64,000 bases of DNA from Amoebophrya sp. A120 (Eukaryota; Protista; Dinoflagellata): the NCBI GenBank assembly GCA_905178155.1, contig CAJINV010000001.1:13363713-13427712 (forward strand), in the 5' to 3' direction. The notes under the pieces were generated by a model. The model was not told where the DNA came from. It saw only the letters and a list, made by a program, of their open reading frames with translations, and did no database searches. A program made the position numbers and the translations under genes. The first letter of the stretch is position 1, and the number at the start of each line of letters is the position of its first letter. Positions 61,801 to 64,000 of the stretch are shown piece after piece.

Positions 61801-63045
61801 GAGCAAATACAACAGGGCGACGCTGTGGTAGGTCGAGTATTGCTCCCCGGCCTCGTTCTCTTTTTCCCGCGCGTAGGAGGCCAGGACGCGACCAAGGTAG
61901 GCCGGCTCCGTTTCGCCCACCTCCTGACGAAAGCGGCCCGCCCAATCCTCCAGCCCGCCACGAATGGAGGGGATGTTGAGTCCTTCTGGGCCGAAGTGGT
62001 GCGCCCCGGCCCGCGCTGGTGCGGGAACAATTGGGCCGGGGTTCGCAGGGGGTGGGGCGGCGACCACCTGCGCCGCGACCATCTGCTGCGGCTCCAAGTT
62101 GTCGGCCTGGTTGGGTATTGTGTTGGGCGAGTCCGGTGCATCACCGTCATCGTGGAAAAGCCGGCGGCGGCTGTTTGGGAACGGGCTGCGTTGGTTGGCC
62201 ACGCTGTGCGCCGGCGTGCGCGGTTGTGCCGCCGCTGGGGTGAGTCCCCCGAGATATTCCAGGTGGGTGCCGTCGACGTCGGTGATGGTTCCCAAGTCCA
62301 TGAGCTTCCCGAGGACCTCCTCGACCCGTTCCGCCTCATCCTGAAGGCCCTGCGCCGCCACAAAGGCATCCAGGTCCGCCCTGGAGTAGAGCTGCTCCTG
62401 GCTAGCGCTTCGGCGGAAGAACCGCCGCAGCAGTGCCCGCACCTTCTGCGCGAAGGCCTGGCCTGGAGATGCGCCGGGCCCGGTGGCACCGCCGAGCAGC
62501 GCCGCGGCCTTCCAGGCGGGAAGCCGGGCCGCCACTTTGCGCGGATCGATTACGACCGCGCCCGCTAGCCCGCCGGCGCAATCGAGCAGGGCGGTGAGGG
62601 AACGGAGCGCCTCGTAGTGTTTGTTGTGCAACAGCAGCGGCACCAGGGCCGCCGCGTTCATTCCTGGCTCCATAACGACGACGGTCGCCGCGACAGTATG
62701 GACCGCGATCGGCCTGCCGAACATCAGGGCCAGTGTGGCGACGTCCCCGACGTCACCACACTGGCCCGCGCGCTTGCCGCAGAGCCAGCGCAGCCGGCTC
62801 GGTGGCAACCCCGGGCCAAGGTCCGTCGCCTGCCGCACCGCTGTCCAGAGGCAGCTGTTTCTCCGGGCGTTGTTGGGGTGTACGAACTGGCCACAGGGCT
62901 TGGCGGCGAGCTTCGTCCAAATTCCTAGGACGTAGCCCCCGCAGAGGCAGAGCGCCTCGACAAATAGCACCGCGGGCAGGACGAACAACATCAGCAGCAA
63001 TCGCGCCGCAGTGTTTGGCGCCTCCTCCGCACGTTGGCGCGCCAT
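58875..63045 (-). CDS. Polyprotein: OTU-like protease + winged helix + D5-like SF3 helicase + CxC/KDZ DDE transposase (1351 aa, 2 exons)
   Basis: GT-AG intron 59456-59570 (branch-like CTGACTGAC) joins ORFs 59479-63045 and 58875-59513 in frame (PRGRPK|GSPNKK). OTU-like: NSCLWTAV..GDVATLALMFGRPIAVH..LLHNKHYEAL. D5: FDQNPRWFALRNCVYDV, Walker A PRGRQGKG, Walker B LMWMDE, motif C GTGN. Transposase: CxxC..CC..C..H, AAIDGNQK, HDDACH, IDKWHARNHKC, NTSVAEQTNSWL. Confidence 0.85.
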
Positions 63046-63201
63046 TGTTTTCGGTGGTGTGGTGTGGTTGGAGTCGTGTCTTTCTGTCTCTTTGACTTTA
63101 AGTAGCGAAAAGCTGAAGGAGGTGAGCTACACTCCTAAGATTGTCGCTCGTGCTATTGTGTGCGCGCGCGTGTGTTTGGTGATTATGCGGGCAGGCCGGT
63201 C

Positions 63202-63484
63202 GGTTTGCGAGCACTCCGGTCGCTCTCTGTCGAATGTCTGAGCAGTGCAGCTTGATTGGCCTCTCGGTCTCTCTTGCTTTTCCGTGCTTCTACTTTGCCA
63301 GCGCAACAATGCAAGCGAACGAGCGACGAGCCTGCCCGATGCGGCTTGCGGCCAAGCTCCTGGGCATGTTGTCTCTCGCTCTGTTTCCGACGACGCAAAA
63401 CATGCGCGCCCTGACCTCTCTCGGGTTTGCGAGCACTCCAGTCGCCCTCTGTCGAATGTCTGAGCAGTGGAGCTTGATTGGCCT
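63202..63484. repeat. 61-bp direct repeat, two copies 222 bp apart
   Basis: ggtttgcgagcactcc(g/a)gtcgc(t/c)ctctgtcgaatgtctgagcagtg(c/g)agcttgattggcct at 63202-63262 and 63424-63484. Confidence 0.85.
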
Positions 63485-63490
63485 ATCGTT

Positions 63491-64000
63491 AAAAGGGAGA
63501 ATGGAGGTCACCCAGTTGCCGTCTTTTTCCAATGTTAACAGGGGGAGTGGACGTGCTCCGGCTGCCATCTTTTTCCAATGTTGAAAGGGGGAGCGGAGGC
63601 GAGCCGGCTCGCATCTTTTTCCAATGTTAGGAGGAGGAATGGAGGTGACCCGGTTGCCATCTTCTTCCTATGTTAAAAGGGGGAATGGAGGTGATCCGGA
63701 CATGGTCCACCCGCCATGTTTTTCCAATGTTAAAAGGAGGAATGGAGGCGACCGGGCTGCCATCTTCTTCCTATGCTAGAAGGGGGAATGGAGGTGATCC
63801 GGACACGGTCCGCCCGCCATCTTTTTCCTATGTTGAAAGGGGGAGCGGAGGCGAGCCGGCTCGCATCTTTTTCCAATGTTAAGAGGAGGAATGGAGGTGA
63901 CCCGGTTGCCATCTTCTTCCTATGGTAAAAGGGGGAATGGAGGTGATCCGGACATGGTCCGCCCGCCATCTTTTTCCAATGTTAAAAGGAGGAATGGAGG
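63491..64000. repeat. Satellite of 46- and 57-bp monomers with a 252-bp higher-order repeat (runs off the window)
   Basis: Monomers aaaagg(g/a)ggaatggagg...gccatctttttccaatgtt. The pattern 46+46+57+46+57 gives 252, and gagcggaggcgagccggctcgc recurs at 63591 and 63843. Confidence 0.9.

Larger units (their letters stand above)
57854..64000 (-). mobile_element. Putative large KDZ-family DNA transposon carrying a helicase (termini not defined; extends past the window end)
   Basis: An intact KDZ transposase gene is flanked on both sides by structured repeat arrays within a GC-rich, gene-poor segment. No TIR/TSD pair is visible inside the window. Confidence 0.6.

Noticed and set aside
59647-62568. 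Long plus-strand ORFs (536 aa, 275 aa) antisense to the polyprotein, and similar antisense ORFs over host genes
   Set aside because: Expected shadows of GC-rich coding sequence; they have no motifs.
63491-64000. CRISPR-like repeat/spacer appearance
   Set aside because: The variable parts recur with 252-bp periodicity rather than being unique spacers; the context is eukaryotic and no cas genes are present.
1-64000. tRNA, rRNA or dinoflagellate spliced-leader relics
   Set aside because: No convincing cloverleaf, rRNA segment or CCATTTTGGCTCAAG match was seen by eye; tRNAscan-SE or Infernal would be needed to exclude them.

Overview
Eukaryotic genomic DNA with spliceosomal introns, most consistent with a Syndiniales/Amoebophrya-like alveolate. 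This taxonomic call is an inference from the strictly co-oriented genes and the inverted-repeat non-canonical introns. From 1 to about 49.6 kb there is a block of host genes, all on the minus strand and mostly with canonical GT-AG introns: a coiled-coil protein, an ankyrin protein, a Pex2-like peroxin without a RING finger, a MAPK-like kinase, a TM+SDR-like protein, isocitrate lyase, a cysteine synthase-like enzyme, a Sfi1-like repeat protein, a DHHC palmitoyltransferase, SSNA1/DIP13, an AVL9/DENN+MORN protein and ARL2. Two copies of one ~250-bp MITE (31-bp TIRs, 5-bp TSDs) sit inside coding exons. Removing each element plus one TSD exactly restores the reading frame, although no GT-AG register does, so they look like non-canonical introner introns. 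From about 50 kb the sequence becomes GC-rich, repeat-rich and gene-poor. It contains the main candidate for a new system: a two-exon, 1351-aa ORF (58875-63045, minus) fusing an OTU-like cysteine protease, a winged helix, a D5-like SF3 helicase and a CxC+KDZ (Kyakuja-Dileera-Zisupton) DDE transposase. Ubiquitin-like (L/I)xGG motifs lie at the domain junctions, suggesting a self-cleaving polyprotein, and structured tandem repeats flank the gene on both sides. All domain calls are by motif recognition; no database search was run.
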